Under the pieces are notes generated by a model. That model worked only from the letters and a program-made list of their open reading frames with translations, made no database searches and was not told the origin of the DNA. From IMG/VR virus record IMGVR_UViG_3300038463_000401: a DNA stretch of 64,000 bases. One strand, 5' to 3'. How positions within the stretch are numbered: the first letter of the stretch is position 1; each line of letters starts with the position of its first letter. Shown here one piece after another: positions 35,212-44,530 of this stretch. Source of the DNA: a virus. Both the position numbers and the translations under genes were made by a program.

Positions 35212-35922
35212 TTGGGGAACACAAAAGTTATGAAGATGCCACGGCCTGCTCATCGCGGTTCTATGGGTATTCCTGAAGAAATGCACCCGGACAAGATCTT
35301 CGCGAAGCCGCCGGAGCCGGAAGATCGCCCTGAGTTGCCGCCGGACGATCTCAGCGATCTTGAGGAGCCTGGCGCCCCTGAAGAGCCCGAGGAAGACCAG
35401 GCTGCCAAGGCCGCCGCCGAGGCCGCGCTAGCGTCTGACCCGCGCGAAGTCCTTAAGCGGCTTGGCATTGAGCTCACCGACGAAGACGTGAATCGTCTGC
35501 TCTTCAAGGGCTACATCGAGAAGCCCATCAAGCTCTGCTACGATCCGCTGACGAAGAAGCCCTACGTCGCGACGTTTAAGACTCTAACTGCCCAAGAGTA
35601 TGACGAAGTCGATGAGCTTTTGTCCGAAGAGATGGACAACCTCAAGATGACCGTCAACGGCCGCGACGCGCGTCGCTCCACGTGGGTTCTCGCCTTTGCG
35701 ATGACCCACATCAATGGCATGATTCTTCAGAAGCCAGAGATGAAAAAGGTTGGCAAAGTCGAGATGATAGACACTAAGGCCACTGCGGAGAAAAGAATCA
35801 AAACCATCCGCGCGCTGGCTCCGATGATTTTGGACAAGGCTTCGCGGGTTTACGCTGCGTTCACCGCGACCATCTCGCTGATCCTTGAGGACCCCGAGCA
35901 CAACCTCATAAAAAAGCCCTAG
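35212..35922 (+). CDS. tail assembly chaperone (G-type); start may be ATG 35230
   Basis: Position before the tape measure; FKTLT..E and slippery site at the 3' end. Confidence 0.75.
   Translation: MGNTKVMKMPRPAHRGSMGIPEEMHPDKIFAKPPEPEDRPELPPDDLSDLEEPGAPEEPEEDQAAKAAAEAALASDPREVLKRLGIELTDEDVNRLLFKGYIEKPIKLCYDPLTKKPYVATFKTLTAQEYDEVDELLSEEMDNLKMTVNGRDARRSTWVLAFAMTHINGMILQKPEMKKVGKVEMIDTKATAEKRIKTIRALAPMILDKASRVYAAFTATISLILEDPEHNLIKKP
35910..35916 (+). other. -1 programmed ribosomal frameshift heptamer A AAA AAG
   Basis: Correct phase; the -1 frame is open into ORF 35937..36299. Confidence 0.8.
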
Positions 35923-36299
35923 CCTCTCCCAAAGGAGTGCTACGCGGCGAGCTGCTCCTGCGCGGGCTTAGCTTCCCGCCGGACTCCACGGAAGAGGTCC
36001 TAGCCGGGATAGCCCTGGAACGCCGACGGGATGCGCAGTACCTGGCGACAGTGGCAATTATCAATGCTATCATGCACGTAGGACAGGTGGTGGCGGGTGG
36101 CACGGGCGGCGATGCTATCAAGAAATCCCTTGACGAGCTCGTGAAGGTTCTTTTCCCCGGAGAAGCGGATAAACTAGCGAAACGCGCCGACGAGGTTAAA
36201 GCGCTGGTGCAGCGCGAAGTGGCTAAAGGGCCGCTTAAGATCATGCCTGTCGATGACGGTGGCAAGAAGGCCGCGAAGAGACGGAGAAGTAAACGGTAA
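35910..36299 (+). CDS. tail assembly chaperone frameshift extension (GT-type)
   Basis: -1 frame reads KKALASPKGVLRGELLL...; its own GTG has an SD at zero spacing. Confidence 0.7.
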   Translation, partial: KKALASPKGVLRGELLLRGLSFPPDSTEEVLAGIALERRRDAQYLATVAIINAIMHVGQVVAGGTGGDAIKKSLDELVKVLFPGEADKLAKRADEVKALVQREVAKGPLKIMPVDDGGKKAAKRRRSKR

Positions 36300-39200
36300 T
36301 GGCAAACGATCCAAACGACTATGCAGACGATGGATCGGGAATGCCGGCCGACCCTACTGCAGGCCTGGACAGGACCATACGCATTGCCTCGCCGCGTATG
36401 CCGCAAATGTATCCGCCGCCCGCGCCGATTCAATACACCGCGGGCACGGCGGGCATACCGAGCTACGTCTACCAGACCGGCCCGGTCATGGGTGGCTATG
36501 ATGATTCGCAAGCCTACATGACTCAGTCGCGCGCGTCTTATGGGGACCTCCCAATGATGGGGATGCGCGGGGCTTACACGGCGGGAGCTGGGGCCGCGCA
36601 GGGAATGGGGAACATGTTCTCGGCAATCGGCGCTCAGATAGCGCCGATTAGTTATACGCCGCCCGCCCGGGTGTTTACGGATTACTCGGGGAGATACGTT
36701 CAGAATACGGGCGTGCTTTCTGATCTGCGCAACATGTCGGGTCTTGGCACGCACATGCGGGCAGCCCACGCAGGGGACATTCGCTATAATGCTGCTTCTG
36801 ACCTCGGTGAGCGTATGGCGCTGGCGGCCGCGGGTCTAGGCATGGGTATGGCCAGTCTAGGAGTGACGACAGCCGGCTCGATGGCTGGCGGCGCCATGTT
36901 TGGAACTCTGGGCAGTCTGGCTGGCGGTATAGGCGCCCCTATTGCGGCAGCAGCCTTGGTGGGTGACCGAGTCCAGCAAGGCGTAGCGCAGCGTCGCGAC
37001 ATTATGAACTATCTCGAGACGACTAGTGACCGATATGTCGTCGCGGGCAGCCCTCTTGCTGACCCTCGTCATGGAGCTGGCTTTAGTTCTGCCGCGCGGA
37101 AAGAGGTTACTGAGTACATCCGGGGCCTGGACATCAAAGACCCCATGCTCAATACCGACGAGCTAACACGCATCCTGAAAGAGAGCACTCAGCAGGGCCT
37201 TTTTACCGGCACGTCGACCATGAACGACTTCAAAAAGCGGTTCAAGGACGTTGTCGACAACGTTAAGGTAGTGGCCACTACCTTACACCAGACGCTCGAA
37301 GAAGGTATTAAAACCATTCACGATTTACGTGCAGTTGGCGTTGACCCGTCGCGAGTCGCGGGTGTCGTCGGGCGCGCCGAGGCGTATGGACTGGCGGCGG
37401 GCAAGAGCGCTGGCGAAATGCTCAACCTTGGTCTACAAGGCGCGGAGATGTTCCGCGGCACTGGTGTCGGCATGACGATAGGCATGGAATCCAACATGAT
37501 GAACGCCGTCGCGATTAGGGCGGCACGCGATGCAAAGATGCTGTCCGATGAAGCCGTAGCGCAGGCCGGCGGTGAGGAATCTTTAGCGCAGCGGATGACC
37601 GCGTCGAGCCTCGGTTTTGTGCAGACTGCACAGGGCCGCGGGTTCATGGGCATGATGTTCAATAAGGGATTGCCGGGTACCGGCTTCGATGCTGGAGCCT
37701 TCAATAAGATGGTGGCTGCCGGCGGAGGTGATCTTTACGCTGGCGCGGCGCGCGCGGCGCAGAATCTATCCTCACCCGCGGCTACCGTTAAGTTTGAGGC
37801 CAACCAGGCTGGGTTCGCTACGGAGCTTGGTAAGCGTTTCGGCGGGCAGGGTCTGCAGGTTGCCCAGATGGCCGAAATCACCATGGAGGCGACCGCCCTT
37901 TCTAAAATGAGCGGCGCGTCCATGGAAGACTCCTGGGTTGACGTTGCCCTCAAGCGTGGATTAGACGACACCACCGCGCGGGCGATGCTAGCGAAGATCA
38001 GGTCTGGTGATGCTGCGTTCACGGCTGCGCAGGCCGGTGTCGAGTCCTCTCGCCAGAAGATGCAAGAAGACCAGATCTCGCAGAACCAGTTCACAACCAG
38101 GGTAGGCGCGCGTATTGGCGCTGCGGTAAAGACCGCCACTGACACGGTGTCTCGCCCGATTGCAAACGCGGTGGAGTCTGCCAAGCAAGGAGCGGCCAAC
38201 GCAGGAGACTGGATAAATAATGGCACTCAGCGCGTAAGCCTAAACGGCACCGATTACGATCTCTTTGCCGGCGAAACTGTAGGTAAGAGTGATGAGCAGC
38301 GAATAGTCGATATAGACTTTGGTGGCATCTTAAATGACAACGCAGGCCAGTCACTTGCCAAGCTTGTTGTTGCGGGGAAGACAGACTTCCTAAATCTTCG
38401 GGGTAGGGCGGGCGGCAACGTTACCCTGACGAAAGGTACTGGACTCTTTCAAGGGGCTCTAGCCGGTACCGGTATAGAGAGCGCGGCGGTTAATGTCACT
38501 CTCGAAGACTTGCGTGCCGCTGGTAAGGAAGCGAACAAGTGGGCGGAGTCCTCAAGCGATGCCGCGGCGGCAGTCAGCAAGGCAGGCCTTGCAAAGGCCA
38601 TGGACTTTAAGCTAGCCCACCTCGAAAATACGAGCGCCAAAACCATAGACGCGTTGGCTCGTCAAGTATATGGCAAGGACGCGGACAAGTTGTCGATCGA
38701 TGAGGCGCGGGCCTTACGTACCGCATATGCCAATGTTGACGAATACTCCGGTATATTTAAGGACGTGGAGGCGGGGGCTTCGGGAGTAAAGTCCGCGCTA
38801 AACGCGGTGAGCGTTTCAAAGGAAGTGGGCAACCTTGAGGCCGCTAATGCAGCGGCGAACCAGTTTTCTGAGTCCATCATGCCGCATGGCTTATTTGGCG
38901 GGCACGCGGCCATTCCAATGCCGGTGCTTGCTCGGCTGGCTAAGGTACGCTCAATCGCTGCTGCTGGCGGGGACACTAAGGCAGCAGTGCGCGCGTATGA
39001 GATGAGCATTGACGCTCTTACCGGGGAGCAGCGCGCGGCAATAGCCCCCCACACTCAAGAGATGCTGCAAGCTGCGACCGGTGCCGGCGGCTCGTCTCTT
39101 GACGTTATCGGAAGAAACTACGCTGAGCTTTCCGATGAGCAAGTGCGGCGGGGATCGGAGATCCTAGGCACAGCGCTGCAGAATGATCTTTTCTCTAAGG

Positions 39201-39700
39201 CCGGTCTGGAAAAGGTCGGCGAGGGTGATCGCAATAAGATTCTTGAGATATCCAAGACCTTGGCAGCCGGTGGCGCCCAGGCGGTTCTCGGCTTGAGCGG
39301 CAGCGACCTAGGCCTTCTGAATAAGACCAGCCTTGGTACGATCTTCGAGCAGGAGCACAAAGCCCTGTCAGGGATAAGCGCCCTGGGCAGAGACGCGTCG
39401 GCTGCGCAGATAAGCGAAGTGGTCGGAACCACCGCTGGGCCGGCAGTAGCGCAGAGGGTAACTGACGCGCTGGCCATGGCCAAACCTGGCACAAACCTAC
39501 CTGGCTTGGCAGAGAGCGTCGTCCATGCCACGGAGATGCAGCAACTTGCCGGAAATACTAACGTAGCTACTGCGGGCACTGGGGGCACTGTAGGTGCGGC
39601 GGCTGGATCTGGTGATCAGGCGGCAGCTACGCAGACCGCTATAAACCTCGAAGTTCTCAATGCCATGAGGGCCTTTGCTAAGCAGATAGGTTCGCAATAA
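36299..39700 (+). CDS. tape measure protein
   Basis: 1133 aa, Ala/Gly-rich helical, follows the chaperone pair. Confidence 0.8.
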   Translation: MANDPNDYADDGSGMPADPTAGLDRTIRIASPRMPQMYPPPAPIQYTAGTAGIPSYVYQTGPVMGGYDDSQAYMTQSRASYGDLPMMGMRGAYTAGAGAAQGMGNMFSAIGAQIAPISYTPPARVFTDYSGRYVQNTGVLSDLRNMSGLGTHMRAAHAGDIRYNAASDLGERMALAAAGLGMGMASLGVTTAGSMAGGAMFGTLGSLAGGIGAPIAAAALVGDRVQQGVAQRRDIMNYLETTSDRYVVAGSPLADPRHGAGFSSAARKEVTEYIRGLDIKDPMLNTDELTRILKESTQQGLFTGTSTMNDFKKRFKDVVDNVKVVATTLHQTLEEGIKTIHDLRAVGVDPSRVAGVVGRAEAYGLAAGKSAGEMLNLGLQGAEMFRGTGVGMTIGMESNMMNAVAIRAARDAKMLSDEAVAQAGGEESLAQRMTASSLGFVQTAQGRGFMGMMFNKGLPGTGFDAGAFNKMVAAGGGDLYAGAARAAQNLSSPAATVKFEANQAGFATELGKRFGGQGLQVAQMAEITMEATALSKMSGASMEDSWVDVALKRGLDDTTARAMLAKIRSGDAAFTAAQAGVESSRQKMQEDQISQNQFTTRVGARIGAAVKTATDTVSRPIANAVESAKQGAANAGDWINNGTQRVSLNGTDYDLFAGETVGKSDEQRIVDIDFGGILNDNAGQSLAKLVVAGKTDFLNLRGRAGGNVTLTKGTGLFQGALAGTGIESAAVNVTLEDLRAAGKEANKWAESSSDAAAAVSKAGLAKAMDFKLAHLENTSAKTIDALARQVYGKDADKLSIDEARALRTAYANVDEYSGIFKDVEAGASGVKSALNAVSVSKEVGNLEAANAAANQFSESIMPHGLFGGHAAIPMPVLARLAKVRSIAAAGGDTKAAVRAYEMSIDALTGEQRAAIAPHTQEMLQAATGAGGSSLDVIGRNYAELSDEQVRRGSEILGTALQNDLFSKAGLEKVGEGDRNKILEISKTLAAGGAQAVLGLSGSDLGLLNKTSLGTIFEQEHKALSGISALGRDASAAQISEVVGTTAGPAVAQRVTDALAMAKPGTNLPGLAESVVHATEMQQLAGNTNVATAGTGGTVGAAAGSGDQAAATQTAINLEVLNAMRAFAKQIGSQ

Positions 39701-40476
39701 TGGCTGACTCCCTTGCCCTGGGCGCGTCTGCTTCTGGTGAAGGCTATGAACGCCTTCGCCGCGCGCTCGAGTCGGTAGAAGCGTCTAACGACCCGGGCGC
39801 CGTGCAGCGGGTCACCAATGCCGTTGGGCTTTATCAGTTCATCCCTCGCTACTGGGAGGGATTCGCCCAAGAACAGACAGGCCGGTCGCTCAAGAGCTTC
39901 TTGCCAAAAGACAATTCCCCGCAAGAGCTTGCGCGCGCGGCCAAAGACCAGCGCGATATCCTTTTCCCCAAATACTATGAAAAGGAAATGGCGCCGTGGA
40001 TCGCCAAGATGCGCAAGGACGGCCTCGGCAGCGGCCGTAGTGACATCGACCTTGCGATCATGTTCCATAAGCTCGGGGATGCGGCCGCGAAGGACTTCCT
40101 TAAGAGTGGTCGTGACGCGTCAAAGGGAACTGCGGATAACACCCCAATCGAACAGTATATTCATGCGGTGGCGTCTAAGGCACGCAGCAAGAGCTTGGCC
40201 AGTGACGCAACAGCCAAGGCAAGCCGGTGGCACCAAACTCAAGATACCTTCGTCGAAAGACCAGTGCACCATAAGAGCGGTCAGCAGGTGGCGCACCACA
40301 GGACTATGCCTGCCGCCGGCGCGACGCCAGTAGCTCAGAAGGATATTCAGACGCACGACAATGCCTGGGTGCTCAGCGAGCTCAAGAAGCTGACCGTAAC
40401 CTTCAGAGAGGGTACATTCAAAGAAGGTGCCCTTGAGATGATCCTGCAAGAGGGCCACGGAAGAGGTGTTTCGTGA
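39700..40476 (+). CDS. lysozyme-like (transglycosylase-fold) tail-associated protein
   Basis: ALESVEAS (candidate catalytic Glu) and AVGLYQF. Confidence 0.65.
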   Translation: MADSLALGASASGEGYERLRRALESVEASNDPGAVQRVTNAVGLYQFIPRYWEGFAQEQTGRSLKSFLPKDNSPQELARAAKDQRDILFPKYYEKEMAPWIAKMRKDGLGSGRSDIDLAIMFHKLGDAAAKDFLKSGRDASKGTADNTPIEQYIHAVASKARSKSLASDATAKASRWHQTQDTFVERPVHHKSGQQVAHHRTMPAAGATPVAQKDIQTHDNAWVLSELKKLTVTFREGTFKEGALEMILQEGHGRGVS

Positions 40477-40712
40477 GTGCAATTACAAACGTGAATAGCT
40501 ACATTTTCTCAACCGACCTGGGGCCGGTGGTCGCGCAAGTTACTACGCTGGTCAACTTCGACGTGGACGACATCATCCATAACCGCGCGATGTCGCAAGC
40601 GCTCGCAGTTTCATTCTTGAATATCGGCAAGACTGTCAGCCCTAACGACCCGAAGGCGGCGCGCACGATTACTTCGGCGTTCTCTTCTAGCACCGAGGAG
40701 CTTCTCAGCTAA
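40473..40712 (+). CDS. hypothetical structural protein
   Basis: Coupled ORF in the tail operon. Confidence 0.6.
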   Translation: MSAITNVNSYIFSTDLGPVVAQVTTLVNFDVDDIIHNRAMSQALAVSFLNIGKTVSPNDPKAARTITSAFSSSTEELLS

Positions 40713-41701
40713 TGCCTGGGCCAACATCACTTCTACCGACAGACTCTACGGCCCCATCCTCGTTGGGGGGCGTGCCGCTTACCAATGCGCCGGGGCCTAC
40801 CTCGTCGACTAATTACTCGGTATTGCCGGGCGGCACCGACTCCGGCAGCTTACTGAACCAGCCCATCACGCCGACCGCGCAAATGACTGCGGCCGACAAT
40901 GCAACCACGACAGCGGTAAACACCACTGTGTTCCCCGCAGCCGGCTACACACCGCCGCCCAGCCTGATCGCTCCGGACACGTTCCTTGCGGATTGGTACA
41001 GAGAGGGGAATACTGCAGAAAGCACCACTGCCGGCACGTCTACGCTGCCGCGCATGGTCGACGACTTTGAAGACGAGATCGCGCAGATCTACATCTACGG
41101 GCCGAGCACTAAGAACGGCAATACCTCGGTGGACCGGCAGATCGTCCCGCCGTTCTCCAAGTTCATCCTTGAGTCGATTCAAGAGTCACACGCGGAGCGC
41201 TCCCAGATCGTTGAGACCTTCGGAGACTTCTACGTCTTTCTCTTTGGCGAGCGGCCGCCGATCTACAACTTCTCGGGCACGCTGATCAACACGGCAAGCG
41301 TCAACTGGGTGGCAGACTTCAAGTACTACTATGACAACTACTTGCGCGGCACGAAGTGCGTTGAGAGCGGCGCGCGGCTGGTCATTACATATGGTGGCCG
41401 GCAGGTCGAGGGGTTCATGCTCGGGATGAGCACGGCCACTGAGGCGTCACTGGAGAGGGGCGTTAAGATGTCCTTCCAGTTAGTGGTTACGCGAAAGAGC
41501 TTCATCGCCTTTTCCGCGGACTTTGGCTTTGTGGTTACTGGCGGGGAAACTATTGGGAACGCCAAGATGATCGAACTGCTTAATGACATCGCAGGGGCAG
41601 AGGGGATAGGGACTTCCAGCCCGGATCAAAGTGCCGCTGGCGGCGCGGTTACTCAGGCAGTACAACAAGGGCTGGCGTCCACCACGTCTCTTGTCGCTTG
41701 A
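40712..41701 (+). CDS. putative tail-tube initiator/baseplate protein
   Basis: ERSQIVETFG..FGERP..FSGTL..YLRGT pattern; position after the tape measure. Confidence 0.55.
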   Translation: MPGPTSLLPTDSTAPSSLGGVPLTNAPGPTSSTNYSVLPGGTDSGSLLNQPITPTAQMTAADNATTTAVNTTVFPAAGYTPPPSLIAPDTFLADWYREGNTAESTTAGTSTLPRMVDDFEDEIAQIYIYGPSTKNGNTSVDRQIVPPFSKFILESIQESHAERSQIVETFGDFYVFLFGERPPIYNFSGTLINTASVNWVADFKYYYDNYLRGTKCVESGARLVITYGGRQVEGFMLGMSTATEASLERGVKMSFQLVVTRKSFIAFSADFGFVVTGGETIGNAKMIELLNDIAGAEGIGTSSPDQSAAGGAVTQAVQQGLASTTSLVA

Positions 41702-41712
41702 TTGGATGAAAC

Positions 41713-43806
41713 ATGGCTGTCGGTAGACCATTAGGCGCAAAGCTTTTCCTAGAGGGCATCGAGGTGCCTTTGCTCGGCGCCACGATTACGTCGACAGTAG
41801 ACCAAGCCTCCATCGCTTATGTAGACCTGGTGCCGCAGCAGGCGATTAACGACATCAAGCCGCGGACGCATGTCGTCTTGGCCGTGCGGGACTTCAACAA
41901 CCCGGCGCTAAATTATCCATATGTTAACGCCTGGGAAGGCGAGGTTTACGGCTTCAACTTCGGTAAGACGGTTAGTTCCCGCTCATTCAGCATTTCCTGC
42001 ATAGACACAACGAGCTACTGGGATAATGCGCTGTGCTACTTCATGAATACGCAGCAGTCCCTCGGCAGCGCAGGTATGGCGGCTTTACCGGCAGCTCTCA
42101 ACTATACAAGCGCGAAAGCGCAGGGGTTCGAGGTAATCCCGACGAACGACGGGGCGAACGTAAACTACTTCAAAACGGTTATTGATAACGCGCTAGCCCT
42201 GGTAAACAACCCGCCGCCAACGTTCCTCACTGCCTTTGTGGCGGTTATAAAAAGCATCACAAAGGTTAATGATTTTTATAACTTTGCCGAGTCTAGGCTG
42301 CGGATACAGGACCGCATCCTCCTCAACGACAGCGGCCTTCTGCCCAATCTTATTAGCAACGCACAAGGCGCGACCTGGTTCAATGGCATTATTGGACAAT
42401 CTGGCGGGTTTACGTCGTTGCGCAGTGTTATCAACGATCTTCTCGGGCTCATCTTCCATGACAACGTATCCGTTCCATTCCCTGCACGAGTGACCGCTCC
42501 TCCCCTCGCCGGCGCAAAGTTGACGGGGACTGTGGGATCAAAAAACACGACGCTGGGCAGCTATCTCTTCAAGCCAAACCTCTACATGTCCCCGCCGCCA
42601 ATGTGCAACGTCTTCTTCCCCGATGAGTACTCGCAGTTTCAGTACTCTCGCAGCTTTTTCAAAGAGCCGACGCGCCTGATCTATAGCCCGGAGCTACCGT
42701 TCTTTCAAAGCGGGGAATCCGTTGCGCTGCCCATGAACTACCAGCCCGATTCCCTTCAGGCGTTCATGTATCACTTGGATTTCAACAACCCGGTGAACTA
42801 CGTGAACAAGTCGGACACCGGTATTGCGAGCGACCCCGGTCACTACCTGGACGAGATCGTGCAAGGAGACCCCGCAGAGCCTTATGTTGCCAGCACCCCG
42901 CTCGTGCGCGAGGGTCAATTCCTCACTAACGAGGAGCGTGTTAAGGGTATCTGGATGGCGCGCGAGAGCCTGTTCCCCGCGGCGACGATGTTCAATGTCG
43001 CCGCGTCTGAGGGCTCCAATGCTATGGCATACAGCTTTACCCAGCAGATTGCGCATTATCTCTTCTACAAGAAGAGGTTCGAGACGCGGCAGTTGCAGAT
43101 CACGTCTCACCTTAAACTATCGGTGGTCCCTGGGTTCAACGTGTTGGTCTTGGATGACAGCGACGCTCAGCAAAACGTAGTTGCCTATTGCTCGTCGGTC
43201 ACGCACCGGATTTATGCTACGGAGGGTGGGTACACCAACGTGTCGCTCTCCTATGCTAGGACGCCAGACGAGGAGGCGCAGGCATCTTCTAACGGCAGCG
43301 AGCCCCCGATCCCGCCATGGTACAACCCAGACATCTTCGGGAAGATCACCGCACCGCCGGCATCGAAGTCCGCCCCCACCGAAGTAGCAAACGCGGGCGG
43401 GCTCCTAGTCTCGACCAGCAAGCTCTCTACGTTTTATCAATCCCTCCTTGGGGACAAGGGCTACCGGGCAGTTACCGACTACGCGCAGAAAGAGCCCACG
43501 CTGATCGGCGCGGTAGCCTACTTGCTCGCTGAGTATAGGACTAGGCGCGCGCTCGGGTCTGAGGATGTTCAGCAGTACATTTCTAGCCTTACCGGTCGTG
43601 ATTATGTAAGAGTGGAGGACACGATGGCCTTCCTTGGGGCCTCTCTTCCGAAGGATGTTAAGCTAGATCCGACGACGCTGGTCACGTTTACTGGCGGGGC
43701 TTTTAACCCCAAAGACGCTGTTAACGGCGCAGTGACCACCCTAAGGCAAACACCGATCCTGGCCTACGCGGCCGCGCTAAAGGCGTACCGAGGTTTCCGT
43801 GGCTGA
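41713..43806 (+). CDS. putative baseplate hub protein
   Basis: KLFLEGIEVP N-terminus; C-terminal VVPGFNVL..SVTHRI..TNVSL hub-like pattern. Confidence 0.6.
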   Translation: MAVGRPLGAKLFLEGIEVPLLGATITSTVDQASIAYVDLVPQQAINDIKPRTHVVLAVRDFNNPALNYPYVNAWEGEVYGFNFGKTVSSRSFSISCIDTTSYWDNALCYFMNTQQSLGSAGMAALPAALNYTSAKAQGFEVIPTNDGANVNYFKTVIDNALALVNNPPPTFLTAFVAVIKSITKVNDFYNFAESRLRIQDRILLNDSGLLPNLISNAQGATWFNGIIGQSGGFTSLRSVINDLLGLIFHDNVSVPFPARVTAPPLAGAKLTGTVGSKNTTLGSYLFKPNLYMSPPPMCNVFFPDEYSQFQYSRSFFKEPTRLIYSPELPFFQSGESVALPMNYQPDSLQAFMYHLDFNNPVNYVNKSDTGIASDPGHYLDEIVQGDPAEPYVASTPLVREGQFLTNEERVKGIWMARESLFPAATMFNVAASEGSNAMAYSFTQQIAHYLFYKKRFETRQLQITSHLKLSVVPGFNVLVLDDSDAQQNVVAYCSSVTHRIYATEGGYTNVSLSYARTPDEEAQASSNGSEPPIPPWYNPDIFGKITAPPASKSAPTEVANAGGLLVSTSKLSTFYQSLLGDKGYRAVTDYAQKEPTLIGAVAYLLAEYRTRRALGSEDVQQYISSLTGRDYVRVEDTMAFLGASLPKDVKLDPTTLVTFTGGAFNPKDAVNGAVTTLRQTPILAYAAALKAYRGFRG

Positions 43807-44530
43807 AGACCAAAAAGCCGAAGAGATGGACATCTTCCATAAGTGGAAGCAGACTGGCGAGAAGAAACACTTCCAGGCTCTTTATAACTCCATGAAGCCG
43901 CTGATCTATAGCGCGGCGCAGAAGGCAAGCTATGGCAGCAATATTCCAGAAAGCGCGCATCGTATCTATGCTGCCCAGAACTTTCTTGAAGCTCTTCGGA
44001 CATTCAAGCCAGGCACCGGCGCCTCCCTCCAAACCCACGTCTATGGCTCGGTCCACCAGAAAGCCAAGAGGCTCAACTATACGTATGGGAACCTCGGGTT
44101 TATTACTGAACCAAGAGCGGCCAAAGTGGGCCTATTCCAAACAGAACACGCTAATCTTCGAGACAGTCTCGGTCGTGAGCCGACAACCCAGGAACTGGCT
44201 ACAAGGCTCAACTGGAGCGTCAAAGACGTAGCCAACCTGCAGAACGAAGTCCATAAGGACTTGGCGCTTGCCGAGGGGGTTGAGGAGCAAGCTACTGTCG
44301 AGGGCTCGATCGACGAAGAGAAGCTGGAGATGCTCTACTTCGACCTACTGCCAGAAGAGAAAGCAGTCTTCGATTATGTGTTCGGTAAGCATGGTAAGCC
44401 CAGGTTGCTTAAGCCAAACAACAAGATCGACTACGAGCAGCTTGGCCGGTCATCAGGTTACTCCGCGTCTAAGGCGCGCGCGATCATGATCAAGATCAAA
44501 GACAAATACTCAAAGGCTCTTAAGAGATGA
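43799..44530 (+). CDS. RNA polymerase sigma factor (sigma70 family, group 3-like)
   Basis: Region 2 (LEALRTFKPGTGASLQTHV), region 3 (LGREPTTQELATRL), region 4 HTH. Confidence 0.85.
   Translation: MAEDQKAEEMDIFHKWKQTGEKKHFQALYNSMKPLIYSAAQKASYGSNIPESAHRIYAAQNFLEALRTFKPGTGASLQTHVYGSVHQKAKRLNYTYGNLGFITEPRAAKVGLFQTEHANLRDSLGREPTTQELATRLNWSVKDVANLQNEVHKDLALAEGVEEQATVEGSIDEEKLEMLYFDLLPEEKAVFDYVFGKHGKPRLLKPNNKIDYEQLGRSSGYSASKARAIMIKIKDKYSKALKR

Noticed and set aside
35906-36769. 287-aa minus-strand ORF and other antisense ORFs over the structural arm
   Set aside because: Arg/Ser-rich shadow frames of GC-rich coding sequence with no SD or motifs
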